A stretch of 63,771 nucleotides of DNA, filler included, from Stramenopiles sp. TOSAG23-2 (taxonomy: Eukaryota), in NCBI GenBank assembly GCA_900128395.1. It is 24 parts of 24 records of this genome, joined end to end, with 100 filler letters (N's around TTAATTAATTAA, not from the genome) between each part and the next. Parts side by side here need not be neighbours in the genome. Positions count along the whole stretch, not along the records: positions 61,232 to 63,771 come from LT651667.1; 23 more parts are not named here. The stretch is one strand, 5' to 3'. The notes under the pieces are model-generated. The model was given only the letters and a program-made list of their open reading frames with translations. It was not told where the DNA came from and did no database searches. The translations under genes were made by a program, and so were the position numbers. Shown in pieces: positions 62,186-63,771 of the stretch (the first letter of the stretch is position 1; each line of letters begins with the position of its first letter).

Positions 62186-62632
62186 TTAAGACAAAAGTGT
62201 CTTAAATTCTTCAAATTCAATCTCACCACTACCATCCGTATCAATTGCACGGATCAATTCTTCAATATCAATTGTTAAACCAAAATCATGTTTTATAATT
62301 TTAATTAACATATCAGCACTAACACACCCAGATTTATCAGGGTTTCCACCACAAGCTACATAAGCGTCGATTAAATCACTTTCGTCATCAAACTGCGCAG
62401 CACGTTCTTTCTGTGTCTCAATCACTTTTAAAAATTCTCCGAAATCAATACTACCACTCATATTATCATCTACTTCTGATATCATTTGAAACAATTCTTC
62501 CTCCGTTGGTTTTTGTCCCATTGCTTCTAGTACTTGTCTCAACTCCCAAACGTCGATAGTTCCACTTCTGTCTTTATCAAAAGCTAAAAAGGCGTCTCTG
62601 CAGCCATCAATTTCATCTTGTGTAAGTGGCAT
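62186..62632 (-). CDS. Calmodulin-like outer-arm dynein light chain 4 (18 kDa)
   Basis: FDKDRSGTID.WELR...MGQ.PTEEELFQMISEVD, DAYVACGGNPDKSG, FGLTIDIEELI, DTDGSGEIEFEEF. Confidence 0.85.
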   Translation of the reverse strand: MPLTQDEIDGCRDAFLAFDKDRSGTIDVWELRQVLEAMGQKPTEEELFQMISEVDDNMSGSIDFGEFLKVIETQKERAAQFDDESDLIDAYVACGGNPDKSGCVSADMLIKIIKHDFGLTIDIEELIRAIDTDGSGEIEFEEFKTLLS

Positions 62633-63771
62633 TATATTATTATTTGTTGTTGTATAAAATATACTATGTAACAATAAATTCCTGTTATATATATGTGGTG
62701 TATATATATATGATATTAATCTTGTTCACACACGTTGCTTTCAATCTATTCCGTTGATGTTAATATCCTCCTCTTCTATATGACTTATCTAAATACATAT
62801 AAATTTATGTAAATTAAATATATATATTGTTAGTTCATGTAATAAAACTGCAATAGCATGTAAATAGTATTGATTAAAAAACGATATTATTTATTCTACT
62901 TATGTGCCAGTTAAACTGTTTGTGAAATCCAACAATATAAAATGGGACTTACCATAGGGATACCATTACAAACAGAAAATTCAAATTCTCTCTGATGCTA
63001 TCGCCCTGCTATGAGTAAAACCATAATCATAACATTAAAATTGAAAAGGCACATATTTGGAGGAAAAACTAAGTAGAATATTATAGGGGATGGAAGCACA
63101 GGTTTCAATCAACACTTAGAGGCCAATCTCACTGTTGGCTTTTTTTGCAAGGCTGTACGTGTGTTTCCACCTTCTATGTGGACAGTTAAAATTGAAGAAT
63201 GCAAGTCAGATAATATTCTTCGCGAGCATATCATTAAAGAAGAAGCGATATATCCAAAAGGGTTTAATATAAAATACAATCATGGAACGTGTAGTTTATT
63301 TAAATTATGTAAATATATGAGAGGTTTTAAGAATAAACAAACTACTGGTATAAGATTATTGGATTCTATATCAATTAACATTTTATGCATTGTCCGGGAG
63401 TGTGGAATTGGTGGTTTCAAACCGTCAATTTTGTTGGCGAGAGCGAATCATTAATGAAGGAGGCTAATGTTATCTATATGTGTACACCTGCAGTAGCTAT
63501 AGTTTTGTTGCTACGCTAATGCTATGTCCCCTATGCTGATAAGCTAACAAGCACCCTGCTACAAGCCTGGTGTACTAAAATCTAGGGGCCTAGTGTCAGT
63601 ACAACTCTTCTTTTTTTTTCCACTTTCACCAAATTTTGATGCATCATTATATTAAATAATATGTACGATTTCCGGCTCAGAATTGTTGTACAACTTTTGT
63701 TGCAAATCGACGACAATATATGAATATAACCAAAAATAGATAGATGACTATGACATATCCAAATATCACAA

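Noticed and set aside
63161-63454. Possible small gene
   Set aside because: GTG start, no recognisable motif and no supporting splice structure.

Overview
This window is not contiguous DNA. It is 24 unrelated ~2.55-kb contigs of an AT-rich, intron-poor flagellated eukaryote (stramenopile-like protist by inference), sorted by length and joined by artificial N..TTAATTAATTAA..N linkers, so gene neighbourhoods across linkers mean nothing. It carries ordinary eukaryotic genes (OTU deubiquitinase, SmD3, UFM1, PCCA, TBC1D23-like, glomulin-like, ArgD, COQ10, LPAAT, dynein LC4, homeobox, RING E3, Hsp70), an open P-element-type transposase, a LINE RT fragment and several MITEs. The standout is 50661-53204. 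It looks like a ~185-bp satellite, but on the minus strand each unit is a complete spliceosomal intron (GTAAGT donor, CTAAC branch, ~100-nt AG-free zone, TTTAG acceptor). Consecutive introns are separated by variable 3-nt single-codon micro-exons (G,G,G,Y,D,G | S,K,S,G,S) flanking one 69-nt exon that encodes a beta-helix/Pmp-like repeat (GGGFFIDGGTLSLSNSVVSGNAA). This is a candidate one-codon-per-exon diversification system. One of its introns has captured a BMS1 gene fragment.
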